DNA of 64,000 nt from Kiritimatiellia bacterium (GTDB lineage Bacteria; Verrucomicrobiota; Kiritimatiellia; RFP12; JBMNHG01), in assembly GCA_050950285.1 (NCBI GenBank), contig JBMNHG010000003.1:62001-126000 (forward strand). Reading direction: 5' to 3'. Each line of letters begins with the position of its first letter. The stretch's first letter is position 1. Below, piece by piece: positions 23,119-33,045 of the stretch. A program made the position numbers and the translations under genes. The notes beneath the pieces were generated by a model, which saw nothing but the letters and a program-made list of their open reading frames with translations, had not been told where the DNA came from and did no database searches.

Positions 23119-23266
23119 ATGAGACGGAAGCAGTGGATTCTGGGCGTGGGCCCTTTATGGGATCACGGCCGACATCCGCGGGCTCCCGCGCCCGCAATCC
23201 CGCGCCTGCGACATCGGCGCCTACGAGGCCGACCTGTGGCAGGGCACCTTGTTCCTCCTTCGCTGA
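23119..23266 (+). pseudogene. Collapsed remnant of a secreted protein: signal-peptide start fused to a choice-of-anchor-Q-like C-terminus
   Basis: MRRKQWILGV then, after a 1-nt shift, ALYGITADIRGLPRPQSRACDIGAYEADLWQGTLFLLR*. Confidence 0.7.
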
Positions 23267-23306
23267 CGTCCCGAAGCCGGCCGATCCCGCCGGAGATGCG
23301 TACGCC

Positions 23307-24926
23307 ATGATCCCGTTCCGCATGCCGGCGGCCGAGCCCGTCCCCCAGTGGCGGCCGGCCGAAATCGTCCTGGCCAGCCAGGTCGAACGCGAAGACCCCT
23401 TCGCCGAAGTGGAGGTGGACGTCGAGTTCACCGCCGCGTCCGGCACCCTCGTGCGGCGTCCTGCGTTCTGGGATGGCGGCACCGTCTGGCGCGTCCGCTT
23501 CGCGCCCGTGGAAACCGGCGAATGGAGCTGGCGGAGCGTCTGCACCGATCCGGCCGACAACGGCCTCCACGCGGTTTCCGGAACGCTTTCCTGCGTTCCC
23601 AACGCCGGCACGACGCCGGTCGACCGCCATGGCTTCCTTCGCGCGAGCGGCGACCGGCGGCGCTTCGAGCATCGGGACGGCACGCCGTTTTTCTGGCTTG
23701 GCGACACCCATTGGCTCATGCCGGACACCGAGCGCATCGACGAATGCAACCATCCCGCGCATGGCGGCGGGCCCTGTCCCTTCGGAGGACAATTCCAGCA
23801 TCTCGCCTCCGTGCGCCGCGACCAGGGCTTCACCGTCTACCAGCTCTACCCCGAACCCGGCAGGAGCCACTGGTGGTCCGACGCCGCGCGCACCCGAATC
23901 GATCCCGCCCGCTTCCAGTCCGTCTTCGACCCCGAAATGGACCATCTCGCCGGCCTCGGCTTCGTGATGGCCGTCGGTCTCGGGCACTACACCAACTCCG
24001 TGCGCATGCCCCCGGAGGTGCTCCGCCGCTGGGCCCGCTACGTGACGGCCCGCTACGGCGCCCATCCCGTGGTCTGGATCACCTGCCAGGAGATGAACTG
24101 CCCGCCCGGTCCGGGCGGCGGCCCCTGCAACGAACAGTCGGTCTGGGAGGCGGTCGCGAGGGAGATCGATCGCGCGAACGGCCACCGCCACCCGCATTCC
24201 GCCCATCAGTGGGTGGTCGACCCCGGCGTCCGCCCGGTGTGGCGGGAAGCGTGGCACACCTGGTTCGCGCTCCAGGGCGGCCATCGCGGAAGCGGCCTCG
24301 CGCCCTTGTCCCGCTATCGCGCGTACCGCGCCTGCGAGCCGGTCCGGCCCGTGATCGAGACGGAGGCGATGTACGAGAAGGTCGACTGCGGCGGCATCGC
24401 GGACGCAGGGGACGCACGGCGCGCCGCCTGGCGCGCGTTCCTCGCGGGCTGCGCCGGCTACACCTACGGCGGCGCCGGCATCTGGGCCTTGAAGTGGGAC
24501 GAGGACGACCCGGCGTGGAAGGACTACAACCACGAAGTGTCCGCCTGGCACGAAGGCATGGACCTCCCCGCCGCGAAGCAGATGCGCCCGCTCCGCGACT
24601 TCTTCGAGGCGATGGACTGGACGTCGCTCGAACCCCGTTTCGACGACCCCGCCTGGAGCCGCTTCGACGAGCCGGAGGCGTGCGTGCTCTCGACGGCGGA
24701 CGGCAACCGCCGCTATCTCGTCTATTGCCACGGGACAACCGCACGGGGCGAGCTTCGCGGCCTTCCCCCCGGCGCGGCCTGTTCCCGGCGGTGGATCGAC
24801 CCCCGCACGGGTGCGCCCTTCGGCGCCGCCGTCTCATGCGCGGCCTCGCCCGGCGGCGTCGTGCCGATGCCCGAAAAGCCGGATTCGCAGGACTGGCTGT
24901 TCGAGCTGGGACTTTCCGGCGAATGA
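23307..24926 (+). CDS. DUF5060/DUF4038 (apiosidase/GH140-like) glycoside hydrolase-like protein
   Basis: AFWDGGTVWRVRFAP, DGTPFFWLGDTHW, ETEAMYE, GYTYGGAGIW, C-terminal WIDPRTG..QDWL. Confidence 0.78.
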   Translation: MIPFRMPAAEPVPQWRPAEIVLASQVEREDPFAEVEVDVEFTAASGTLVRRPAFWDGGTVWRVRFAPVETGEWSWRSVCTDPADNGLHAVSGTLSCVPNAGTTPVDRHGFLRASGDRRRFEHRDGTPFFWLGDTHWLMPDTERIDECNHPAHGGGPCPFGGQFQHLASVRRDQGFTVYQLYPEPGRSHWWSDAARTRIDPARFQSVFDPEMDHLAGLGFVMAVGLGHYTNSVRMPPEVLRRWARYVTARYGAHPVVWITCQEMNCPPGPGGGPCNEQSVWEAVAREIDRANGHRHPHSAHQWVVDPGVRPVWREAWHTWFALQGGHRGSGLAPLSRYRAYRACEPVRPVIETEAMYEKVDCGGIADAGDARRAAWRAFLAGCAGYTYGGAGIWALKWDEDDPAWKDYNHEVSAWHEGMDLPAAKQMRPLRDFFEAMDWTSLEPRFDDPAWSRFDEPEACVLSTADGNRRYLVYCHGTTARGELRGLPPGAACSRRWIDPRTGAPFGAAVSCAASPGGVVPMPEKPDSQDWLFELGLSGE

Positions 24927-25053
24927 TTCGCCGGCCGGGAGTCGGGCGGGGCCCTCTGCCCGTTACGGACCGATTGGGCGCCACGATCACGCCAAGGCTT
25001 CCCGCAACGCCTGATCCGGGGGCGCATCCAGCAGGACAGGTCCTGCCCTCTTC

Positions 25054-25740
25054 CTATTGCCCATCCGCTCCGTCAAGGGTGACGGCATAATTCAGGAAGA
25101 GCTCCACGTTGGCCTCATCGATCTGCCGGACGATAACGGGACTCTGGAGGCCCTCGACGACAAGCGTCCCCTTGCCGCCCATTTGTTCCTTCGTATGCCG
25201 GATGTCCTGGGCAATGAGTTGGAGCAACGCCGCTCGATGCTGTTCAGGATCTGCCACGGCGAGTTGTACCTGGCCAAGATTGCACCGCGTCTTCTCTCCG
25301 AACCGGATCCCGTCCACGAATCGCGTGATTTCGCTTGCCGCGGCAAAAACGTCTGGCGCCTGGGGATCGAGTGCGATCATGATGGTCAGGCTGGCCGCGG
25401 ATGGTTGCTCATATGGGGAAAAGGAAGAGAAAGCGGCCATTTTCGACACGGGGCGTGCGGAGAGCGACAACGGCCCGTCCCGGATGGTCATTCCCTTGTT
25501 CGCAATGGCTTTGTCCTGGATCAGGCGTTTGGCCGCACGAATGTCATCGAATCTCCGAGCCGTTTCTTTTTGCTCGCTCACGATAGAAACCGGCATGGCC
25601 ACAAAATCCGCCGTCCGTACAAGGGAGACGGATACCGGCCTGGCATCCCGAACGGCCAGAATGTAGACCGGACGGACGCCGGCCCCGGCGAATGCTGTGG
25701 TCGCGGCGACCACCATGGCCGTTGCAATCGATCTTCTCAT
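25054..25740 (-). CDS. Hypothetical secreted protein (possibly SIMPL-like fold)
   Basis: AAGGAGG Shine-Dalgarno, signal peptide MRRSIATAMVVAATTAFA; lower-GC codon usage than neighbours. Confidence 0.65.
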   Translation of the reverse strand: MRRSIATAMVVAATTAFAGAGVRPVYILAVRDARPVSVSLVRTADFVAMPVSIVSEQKETARRFDDIRAAKRLIQDKAIANKGMTIRDGPLSLSARPVSKMAAFSSFSPYEQPSAASLTIMIALDPQAPDVFAAASEITRFVDGIRFGEKTRCNLGQVQLAVADPEQHRAALLQLIAQDIRHTKEQMGGKGTLVVEGLQSPVIVRQIDEANVELFLNYAVTLDGADGQ

Positions 25741-25775
25741 TGTCTTTCCTCCTTTTGCCGAATGGTTGGAACCAA

Positions 25776-25829
25776 GGCCAACGATCCCCTTGACGGTTTG
25801 GGCGAACCGTCCGCAGGCTGACGCATGCC
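25776..25829 (-). other. Degenerate attC-like recombination hairpin
   Basis: Minus strand: ..CAGCCTGCGGACGGTTcgcccaAACCGTCAAGGggatcGTTGGCC; imperfect stem with unpaired bases ending in GTT about 40 nt upstream of the next ATG; the inverse core is degenerate. Confidence 0.35.
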
Positions 25830-25869
25830 GTCCTCGGCATGGCTCGCACCCTGTGGCCCAACGAATTCG

Positions 25870-26194
25870 TCATCCATGCGAACGTCGAGCCCGCCCATCC
25901 GAGGGCGAAATCTCGCGAGACCGTGCTGCAGAAGCAGGCATCAGGGAAGGAAAACGTGAAATCCCCGCACGCATAGGCTCCCATGTGGCCAGAGCGCAAG
26001 CCATAGCCCTTGCCTTCGGGCAACGAAAGCCCGGCAAAGACAGGCGCCATCCGTATGCTGGCGCCGTAGCTGCCGGTCTCAACGCTGGCCGCCACGATAT
26101 CGGCAAGGTCGGCTCCGCGGTTCCGGAAGTAGGCGCGGCCGGTCCAGAACGGCATCGCCAAGGCCACCGTCGCCCTGGTGCTTCTGCTTTTCAT
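25870..26194 (-). pseudogene. Degraded gene fragment, lipoprotein-like
   Basis: MKSRSTRATVALAMPFWTGRAYFRNRGADLADIVAASVETGSYGASIRMAPVFAG..GYGLRSG reads like a protein N-terminus, then loses coherence; end approximate. Confidence 0.4.
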
Positions 26195-26481
26195 CTTCTT
26201 CCCTGACGGCGTACTTGGGCGTATCCCACAGTACAAGCTCCGACAGCCCACGTTACGTTTACGACGTTTACGGATTTCTCCACCTGCCTGTCAAGCCCTT
26301 CGTCTGCGCACGGGGAGCCCGCATTGCGACCAGCAATACGCTGGACACCCGCGCAACGAGCCATCCGGAGGCAATGAAGGGCCAGCGAGCTTTCCCCTTC
26401 TGTTTCGGCATCGGCATCGTCCCTCCCGGCCCCGCGGAAAAGCGGCGCGCCGTTTTTTGCGGTTCGCCCGGACGTCCGCAC

Positions 26482-28449
26482 TCACCGGCGCAACAGGCGG
26501 ATGAAGAGGCCGCCGACCACGGAGCGGGCCTGGAAGCCCGCCGGCATGGCGGTGTCGGCCCAATACCAGTCGGTCATCGGAACGCGCATGGGCGTGCGGT
26601 GGTAGAACTCCCAGAGGCGGCTCACGAGCGCCTCGAAGTCGCGGGGGTCTTCGGCCAGGGCCGCGGTCCAGACGAGCCAGTCGGCCTTGGTGTAGGCGGC
26701 CCGGCTGTCGAGCGGGGCGCCGTAGGGGAGCTGGCGCCGCAGCGCGCCGCGGATCTCGCCTTCGAAGAAGGAGGCCGGGAAGAGGCCGAGGCCGAGGATC
26801 TTGTCCCACACGGCGTTGTACTTCAGGCTGGTGGTGCCGGGGCGGTCGAAGGCGAGACGGGTGGTGCCGTCGCCGTTGGCGGCGGCGGCGAGCCAGTCCC
26901 CGGCCATTTCGACGGCTTTTGCGAGGAGGGGTCCGGCCTTCTGCGGCTGATCCAGCATCTTGTGGATCAAGCCGAGGGAGGCGATGCCGACGATGGCTTT
27001 GATGGCGAGGTTGCAGTTGTGGGCGAGGTGGCCGGCGAAGTCGTCGGTGCAGAGCTGGTTTCCGGGGTCGCCGCCATGCTCGAGGAGATACCCCGCCCAT
27101 TTCTCCAGGGTCGGAAGGTGCTTCGCGGCGTTCGACGGGTCGCCGGAGAAGAAGGCCGCGAGGGCCTCCATGACGATCATGTTGCCGCACCCCTCCACGG
27201 GCATCTGGCTGTCGAGGCGCGGCTGGCCGGTCTTTTCGTCCACGCCGTAGCGCTGGACGTCCACGAACGGATAGCGTCCCGCGTCGTGCGGGGCAAAATC
27301 GAAGGGCCAGTCCTTTGACCGGGCGAAGCGATAGATGGGCCGCAGCATCGCGGAGACCAGTTCGGGGGCGTAGCGCAGGAAGAGGGGGGTGGACGGATAG
27401 CTCACGTCCACGGTGGCCGCGCACCCGTTGGAGAAGCACTCCTTCGAGACAAAAAGCAGCTCGCCGTTTTCGTCGGCGACGAGCTTGTGGGCGGCGATGG
27501 CCTGGCGGTAGGCGAGGAGCAGGAGTTCGGCGTACTTGACGCCGCCGGCTCGGGTGGCTTCGAGTTCCAGGGCATCGGAGAAGGCCCGGCAGGATTCCAG
27601 GGTCTCGTCCGCATCCTCCGCGGCGGCCCGAAGCGCCTCTTCCATGGACTTCCAGCGGGACGTCCACAACGCGGCGCAGGGTTTCCCGGAGACGAGCAGC
27701 GACTGGCCGAAGTCGTCGTAGCCGACGAGGAGGCGGGCGCTCGGGTCGAGATCCGCGCGCAAGGCGATGAAGTCGAGGCCGACGATGGCCGTCGCGCCTT
27801 CGGGGAGGTCGCGGGGCGCGACGTGGTCGTTGGCGGCGCGCGAGTCCTGCGGGGTTTCGACGGCTTCGCGCCGGAAGACGGAGGCCGTCGCGCCTTCGCC
27901 GGCGAGCCAGAGCCTGCCCCATTCGATGCGCAGGTCGTCGCCGTCGCGGCCGAGGGGCTTTTGGTCCGCAGACTCCATCCAGACGGCGGAAAGCGGGCCG
28001 ACGGCGCACGTGCCGGTGCGGACGGAGCTGTCGCCGGCGCGGTCCATGCAGAATTGGCCGGAGAGGGCGACCGTGACGGAAACCGCATGGGCCCTGCCGT
28101 CGAGCGGGCGTGCGGAGAGGTCAAGGTAGCCGATGGGGCGCGACATCCGCTCGAGAGGGTCCAGCAGGAGCGGGGAGGTGAAGGTGGCGGCGAGTTCCAC
28201 GCCGCCGGCGGAGAAGACGTAGGCGGAGGACATCGCCGCGATGTCGAGAGAGAGCTGCTCCATCGCGGGTTCGCCGCCGCGGCCCATGAAGCGGTAGTCC
28301 TTGCCGTCGATGGTCGCGATGCCGAGCATCAGGTTGCCGGAGCCGGTCCAGTGCACGGTGTCGCGGTCGGTCAGCCGGTCGGCGGGCGACCAGACGGAGA
28401 AATAGGGGTCGAAGGTGAAGAGCGGTACGGATGGGGGACGGAGCTTCAT
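26482..28449 (-). CDS. DUF5127/DUF4965 glutaminase-A-like (alpha/alpha)6 hydrolase
   Basis: RPPSVPL..DPYFSVWS, SKECFSNGCAATVDVSYP, APHDAGRYP, MPVE, QLCTDDFAG, YTKADW, FQARSVVGG. Confidence 0.88.
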   Translation of the reverse strand: MKLRPPSVPLFTFDPYFSVWSPADRLTDRDTVHWTGSGNLMLGIATIDGKDYRFMGRGGEPAMEQLSLDIAAMSSAYVFSAGGVELAATFTSPLLLDPLERMSRPIGYLDLSARPLDGRAHAVSVTVALSGQFCMDRAGDSSVRTGTCAVGPLSAVWMESADQKPLGRDGDDLRIEWGRLWLAGEGATASVFRREAVETPQDSRAANDHVAPRDLPEGATAIVGLDFIALRADLDPSARLLVGYDDFGQSLLVSGKPCAALWTSRWKSMEEALRAAAEDADETLESCRAFSDALELEATRAGGVKYAELLLLAYRQAIAAHKLVADENGELLFVSKECFSNGCAATVDVSYPSTPLFLRYAPELVSAMLRPIYRFARSKDWPFDFAPHDAGRYPFVDVQRYGVDEKTGQPRLDSQMPVEGCGNMIVMEALAAFFSGDPSNAAKHLPTLEKWAGYLLEHGGDPGNQLCTDDFAGHLAHNCNLAIKAIVGIASLGLIHKMLDQPQKAGPLLAKAVEMAGDWLAAAANGDGTTRLAFDRPGTTSLKYNAVWDKILGLGLFPASFFEGEIRGALRRQLPYGAPLDSRAAYTKADWLVWTAALAEDPRDFEALVSRLWEFYHRTPMRVPMTDWYWADTAMPAGFQARSVVGGLFIRLLRR

Positions 28450-28652
28450 GAAAACCCGCGGTGTTTTTGGATGAAATCGGTGGGATGGCGGAATCGGCGG
28501 GATGACGATAGCGGAAATCCCGTTGTTCCGCCAGCCCCCGGTGGAATCATCCCGCCCCCGTTTTTGGGGGTGCTCCCAGGCAGGAGCTTCACACTCCTAT
28601 CTTTCTGGCATGAAATTCGCTCGCGTTCTAACAGAATCGAAACAATCTTATG

Positions 28653-28786
28653 GAGGCGCCTGCAAAACCCCCTTGCCGGTCGGGACAGAGCCCGACCCTC
28701 CCGATCCGCCCCTGGGGACCGTCCCCGGCGGGCTGGATGGGGGGACGATCTCCGTGTCGTCCGGCCGGGTTTTGCAAGAGCCCCTC
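28653..28786. mobile_element. MITE-like element, short copy
   Basis: Imperfect TIRs GAGGCGCCTGCAAAACCC / GGGTTTTGCAAGAGCCCC; internal sequence matches 61319-61621 in the opposite orientation. Confidence 0.75.
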
Positions 28787-28812
28787 ATGGTCTTACGATA
28801 TGGAGCACGACT

Positions 28813-29856
28813 ATGGCTGATGTGAACCCGTTGCCCATCCGTGTTGGCATCGTCGGGTTGGGCAGGGCGGGCTGGGGTATGCATTGCCGCGAGCTCGATG
28901 AATATCCGGAGCTTTTCAGGGTGGTCGCCGTGTGCGACATCGACAAAGCGCGCCGCGATGCCGCGTTCGCGAAATACCGCTGCCGGACCTATCGGCAATA
29001 CGCGGATCTGCTGCGCGACATCGATGTGGAGCTTGTGGACATCGCCACGCGCAGCGACGACCACTTCGGGCATGCGCTTGAGGCGCTGAAGACCGGCCGC
29101 TCCGTGCTCCTCGAGAAACCGATGAGCCTCGACCTCGCGGAGGCGATCAAGCTCCGCGCCGCCGCCATCCGGGCGGGGAATCGCCTCTACATCCGCCACA
29201 ACCGCCGTTTCGAGCCCCTGTTCCTGCACGTCCGCGAGATCATCGAGAGCGGAATGCTCGGTGTCGTCTACGACGTGAAGCTGCGGCGCGGCAGCTTCTC
29301 CCGCCGGAACGACTGGCAGACCGTGAAGCGGTGCGGCGGCGGCCAGCTCCTCAACTGGGGCCCGCATATCGTGGATCACGCCTTGCAGTTGCTCGGCCCG
29401 CAGGCCAAGCTCGTCTTCTCGGATCTCAAGCGCGTCGCGGCCGTGGGCGACGCGGAGGACTACGTGCACCTTGTGCTCCGCAACCCCGGAGGACTTACGG
29501 TGGACATCGAAATCTCCGGCGGGCGCATCCTCCCCGAGCCCGAGTACCTCGTGAGCGGCACGAAAGGTTCGCTGTCCGCCTCCGGTTCGACCATCCACAT
29601 CCGCCGCCTCGATCCCGCCCACGCGCTCCCGCGCCGCCGGGCGAGCGTGCGCACCCCGCCCCTTGGAAGTTTCGGAACCCCCGAAAAGCTGAAGTGGATC
29701 GAAGAGGACATCCCCGTGGCGCCCAGGCAGCCTTCCGGAATGACGTACATGTGGCCGCTTCTCCACGATGCCATCCGCAACGGCAAGCCCTATCCCATCA
29801 CCCTCGACGAGGCCGTCGACGTGATGCGCGTCCTCTCCGCGGCGCGGCACGGGTGA
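28813..29856 (+). CDS. Gfo/Idh/MocA family oxidoreductase
   Basis: GIVGLGRAG, LEKPM, HNRRF, GGQLLNWGPHIVD. Confidence 0.92.
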   Translation: MADVNPLPIRVGIVGLGRAGWGMHCRELDEYPELFRVVAVCDIDKARRDAAFAKYRCRTYRQYADLLRDIDVELVDIATRSDDHFGHALEALKTGRSVLLEKPMSLDLAEAIKLRAAAIRAGNRLYIRHNRRFEPLFLHVREIIESGMLGVVYDVKLRRGSFSRRNDWQTVKRCGGGQLLNWGPHIVDHALQLLGPQAKLVFSDLKRVAAVGDAEDYVHLVLRNPGGLTVDIEISGGRILPEPEYLVSGTKGSLSASGSTIHIRRLDPAHALPRRRASVRTPPLGSFGTPEKLKWIEEDIPVAPRQPSGMTYMWPLLHDAIRNGKPYPITLDEAVDVMRVLSAARHG

Positions 29857-30018
29857 TCCACCCCTTTCCGCCGGCGAATCCCGGCGAATCGCGTCCGATC
29901 CGAAAGCGCGGTTCGACGATTGCGCGGGGGTTCGAAGTGTGCCATACTGGACGCACCGTGTGGCGGACCGCCATGATGGCGCCGCCCGCCCGCGGAATCC
30001 TGCGGAAAGGAGTTTGTC

Positions 30019-30456
30019 ATGCTGCCAGTCCCTGCCCTGTGGGCCGCTGCCGGGCTGTTTTTGATGATCGCCGAATTCTTTGTTCCGGGCGTCTTCCTGA
30101 TGTTCTTCGGCTTCGGCGCCTTGGCCTCCGCGCTCCTCGCGTGGATATGGCCGGGCCTTCCGTATGCCTGGCAATGGGTGTTCTTTGCGGCGGTGTCGGT
30201 GACGATGCTGCTCCTGCTGCGCAAGCGGATGGGGAAGGTCTTCGGCGGCCGGACGACGGTGTCGAAGGACGACCTGAACGCCGACTTCATCGGGAACACC
30301 GCCGTGGCCCTTACCGATCTCGCCCCCGGACAGGCGGGCAAGGTCGAGATCAACGGCGTCGGATGGAATGCGGAAGCCGCCGAACCCATCCGCGCCGGCA
30401 CGGCCGTCGTGATCGTCTCTCGCGACGGCCTCACCTTCACCGTCCGCAAGGCCTGA
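30019..30456 (+). CDS. NfeD-like membrane protein
   Basis: N-terminal TM helices (AEFFVPGVFLMFFG), C-terminal OB fold GKVEINGVGWNA; paired with SPFH gene. Confidence 0.9.
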   Translation: MLPVPALWAAAGLFLMIAEFFVPGVFLMFFGFGALASALLAWIWPGLPYAWQWVFFAAVSVTMLLLLRKRMGKVFGGRTTVSKDDLNADFIGNTAVALTDLAPGQAGKVEINGVGWNAEAAEPIRAGTAVVIVSRDGLTFTVRKA

Positions 30457-30538
30457 CCGGCCATCGCGCCGGTTCCGTCCTTGTTTTCCCGTCCCTCACA
30501 ACCCCCAGCCATTCCTCGCAACCCCCAGGAGTATCGAA

Positions 30539-31471
30539 ATGCCAACCGCCATTGCCATCCTACTTGTCATCCTCGTCCTCGTCACCCTTTCCCGCTGCAT
30601 CCGCATCGTCCCGCAGAAGATGGCCTATGTGGTGGAGCGCCTCGGCAAGTACAACTGCACGCTCGAGGCCGGCATGCACCTGCTCGTGCCGATCATCGAC
30701 CGCGTGGCCTACAAGCATTCGCTCAAAGAGCACGCCATCGACGTGCCTCCCCAGCAGTGCATCACGCGGGACAACATCACCGTGGAGGTGGACGGCGTCC
30801 TCTACCTGCAGGTGGTGGACCCCGTGCGCGCCTCCTACGGCATCGGCAACTACCTCTTCGCCACCACCCAGCTCGCGCAGACCACCATGCGCTCGGAGAT
30901 GGGCAAGCTCGAGCTCGACCGCTCGTTCGAGGAGCGCACGCACATCAACGCGTCGATCGTGGGCGCGGTGGACAAGGCGAGCGATCCGTGGGGCATCAAG
31001 GTCACCCGCTACGAAATCAAGAACATCACGCCGCCGCAGTCGATCCGCGACGCCATGGAGAAGCAGATGCGCGCCGAGCGCGAGAAGCGCGCGCAGATTG
31101 CCGAATCCGAGGGCGACCGCCAGGCGAAGATCAACCGCGCCGAAGGCGAGAAGCAGGAGGCCATCGCGAAGTCCGAAGGCGAGAAGGCCCGCCGCATCAA
31201 CGAGGCCGAAGGCCGCGCCCGGGAGATCCTGCTCGTGGCGCAGGCCACCAGCCAGGGCCTCCGCGAAATCGCGCAGGCCATCGACGGCCCGTGCGGCGCC
31301 GAGGCCGTGAACCTGCGGCTCGCCGAGCAGTACATCGACGAGTTCGGGAATCTCGCCAAGGCCAACAACACGATGATCATTCCGAGCGACCTCGCGAACG
31401 TCGCCGGCTTCATCCAGTCCGCCGCCGCCGTCCTCAAGAAGACGGGATGCGGCAATTCGGCGAAGGCCTGA
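30539..31471 (+). CDS. SPFH/stomatin (paraslipin/QmcA-like) protein
   Basis: VVERLGKY, ITRDN, QLAQTTMRS, WGIKVTRYEIKNI, QMRAEREKRA. Confidence 0.95.
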   Translation: MPTAIAILLVILVLVTLSRCIRIVPQKMAYVVERLGKYNCTLEAGMHLLVPIIDRVAYKHSLKEHAIDVPPQQCITRDNITVEVDGVLYLQVVDPVRASYGIGNYLFATTQLAQTTMRSEMGKLELDRSFEERTHINASIVGAVDKASDPWGIKVTRYEIKNITPPQSIRDAMEKQMRAEREKRAQIAESEGDRQAKINRAEGEKQEAIAKSEGEKARRINEAEGRAREILLVAQATSQGLREIAQAIDGPCGAEAVNLRLAEQYIDEFGNLAKANNTMIIPSDLANVAGFIQSAAAVLKKTGCGNSAKA

Positions 31472-31481
31472 TCCGCCGGAA

Positions 31482-31512
31482 GGCCGCCCCGTGCTCCGGG
31501 GCGGCCGTTTCG
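31482..31512 (+). terminator. Probable intrinsic terminator
   Basis: GGCCGCCCCG-tgctc-CGGGGCGGCC followed by a short GTTT. Confidence 0.5.
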
Positions 31513-31565
31513 TATCCTGTGCTCCACCCCGCCCGTTCTCCCGTTCCAACACCCGCCACCCCGCC

Positions 31566-33041
31566 ATGCTCAAATCCCTGACACTCGGCGTCATCATCGG
31601 CGCCCGCGGCTTCTTCCCCGGCCACCTCTGCAAGAAGGGCCGCGACACGCTCCTTTCGGTGCTCAAGCGCTTCGGCATCCGCGCCGTGATCCTGCCCGCC
31701 TCCTTCGGCGGAAAGGCGGGGGCCGTCGAGAACTTCGAGGGCGCTCGCGCCTGCGCGGAGCTTTTCCGGTCCAAGGCGGGCGGGATCGACGGCATCCTGG
31801 TATCGCTGCCGAACTTCGGCGACGAGCGCTCCATCGCCGAGGCGATCCGCGCCTCCGGGCTCGACGTGCCCGTGCTGGTGCATGCATGGCCCGACGATCC
31901 CGACGCGATGGGCGCCGCCGTGCGCCGCGACAGCTTTTGCGGGAAGCTGTCGTGCTGCAACGCCCTTCGCCAGTACGGCATCCGCTATTCGCTCACCACG
32001 CTCCACACCGAGGATCCGCAGTCGGAGGACTTCGCCTACGACCTGCTCCGCTTCGGCGAAATCTGCCGCGTGGTGCGCGGGATGCGCGGCCTTCGCATCG
32101 GCCTCGTCGGCGCGCGTCCGGCGGATTTCACCACCGTGCGCTTCAGCGGGAAGATCCTCGAGGCCGCGGGTATTTCCGTCGAGCCCATCGACCTCTCCGA
32201 GATCATCGCCGCTTCGCGCAAGCAGGGCGACAACGATGCCGCGGTGAAGGCGAAGCTGGACGAATTGCGGGCCATCCCATGCGGGAAGACGCCGGCGGAT
32301 GCGCTCCTGCGCATGGCGAAGATGGGCGTCGCCATCGACACATGGATGGCCTCCCGCGCCCTCGACGCCTCGGCCATCCAATGCTGGACCGCCATCGAGG
32401 AACTCTACGGCATCGCGCCCTGCGCCCTGATGAGCGTGATGAGCGAGAAGCTTCTCCCGAGCGCCTGCGAGTGCGACGTGGGCGGCGTGCTCGGCATGGC
32501 CGCGCTGCAGTTCGCCTCCGGCACGCCCTCCGCCCTGCTCGACTGGAACAACAACTACGGCGACGATCCCGACATGGGCGTCTTCTTCCATTGTTCGAAC
32601 CTGCCGCGCAGCTTCATGGAGGACCCCAAGATGGGCGTTCACGCCATCCTCTCCGGAACCGTTGGCAAGGAGAACGCCTGCGGCACGGTGTGCGGCCGCA
32701 TCCGCCCCGGCCCCTTCACCTTCCTGCGCCTGGGCACGGACGACGTCGCGGGCCGCATCCGCGGCTACGTGGGCGAGGGGCTCTTCACCGACGACCCGCT
32801 CGATACCTTCGGCGGTTACGGCGTGTTCGAAATCTCCGGCTTGCAGGGGCTGCTCGCCTATCTCTGCGAGAACGGCTTCGAACACCACGTGGCCGCGAGC
32901 CTCTCCGAGGTGGCCGACTCCGTTTCCGAGGCGCTGGCGAAGTACCTGGGCTGGAGCATCCACGTCCACGATGGACCGTCGGCCTCCTGCTTCGACTGCG
33001 AGGCTCTTGCCGACTTCATGGATCCCGGCGGCGAGCCGTAG
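31566..33041 (+). CDS. L-fucose/L-arabinose isomerase family protein
   Basis: LPNFGDE, RRDSFCGK, AIQCW, CECDV, FHCSN, GFEHHVA. Confidence 0.87.
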   Translation: MLKSLTLGVIIGARGFFPGHLCKKGRDTLLSVLKRFGIRAVILPASFGGKAGAVENFEGARACAELFRSKAGGIDGILVSLPNFGDERSIAEAIRASGLDVPVLVHAWPDDPDAMGAAVRRDSFCGKLSCCNALRQYGIRYSLTTLHTEDPQSEDFAYDLLRFGEICRVVRGMRGLRIGLVGARPADFTTVRFSGKILEAAGISVEPIDLSEIIAASRKQGDNDAAVKAKLDELRAIPCGKTPADALLRMAKMGVAIDTWMASRALDASAIQCWTAIEELYGIAPCALMSVMSEKLLPSACECDVGGVLGMAALQFASGTPSALLDWNNNYGDDPDMGVFFHCSNLPRSFMEDPKMGVHAILSGTVGKENACGTVCGRIRPGPFTFLRLGTDDVAGRIRGYVGEGLFTDDPLDTFGGYGVFEISGLQGLLAYLCENGFEHHVAASLSEVADSVSEALAKYLGWSIHVHDGPSASCFDCEALADFMDPGGEP

Positions 33042-33045
33042 CCCG

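Noticed and set aside
28490..28560. Structured RNA upstream of the DUF5127 gene (GGCGGGATGA..TCATCCCGCC)
   Set aside because: A nested hairpin exists but matches no riboswitch I can identify; not supportable beyond an inverted repeat.
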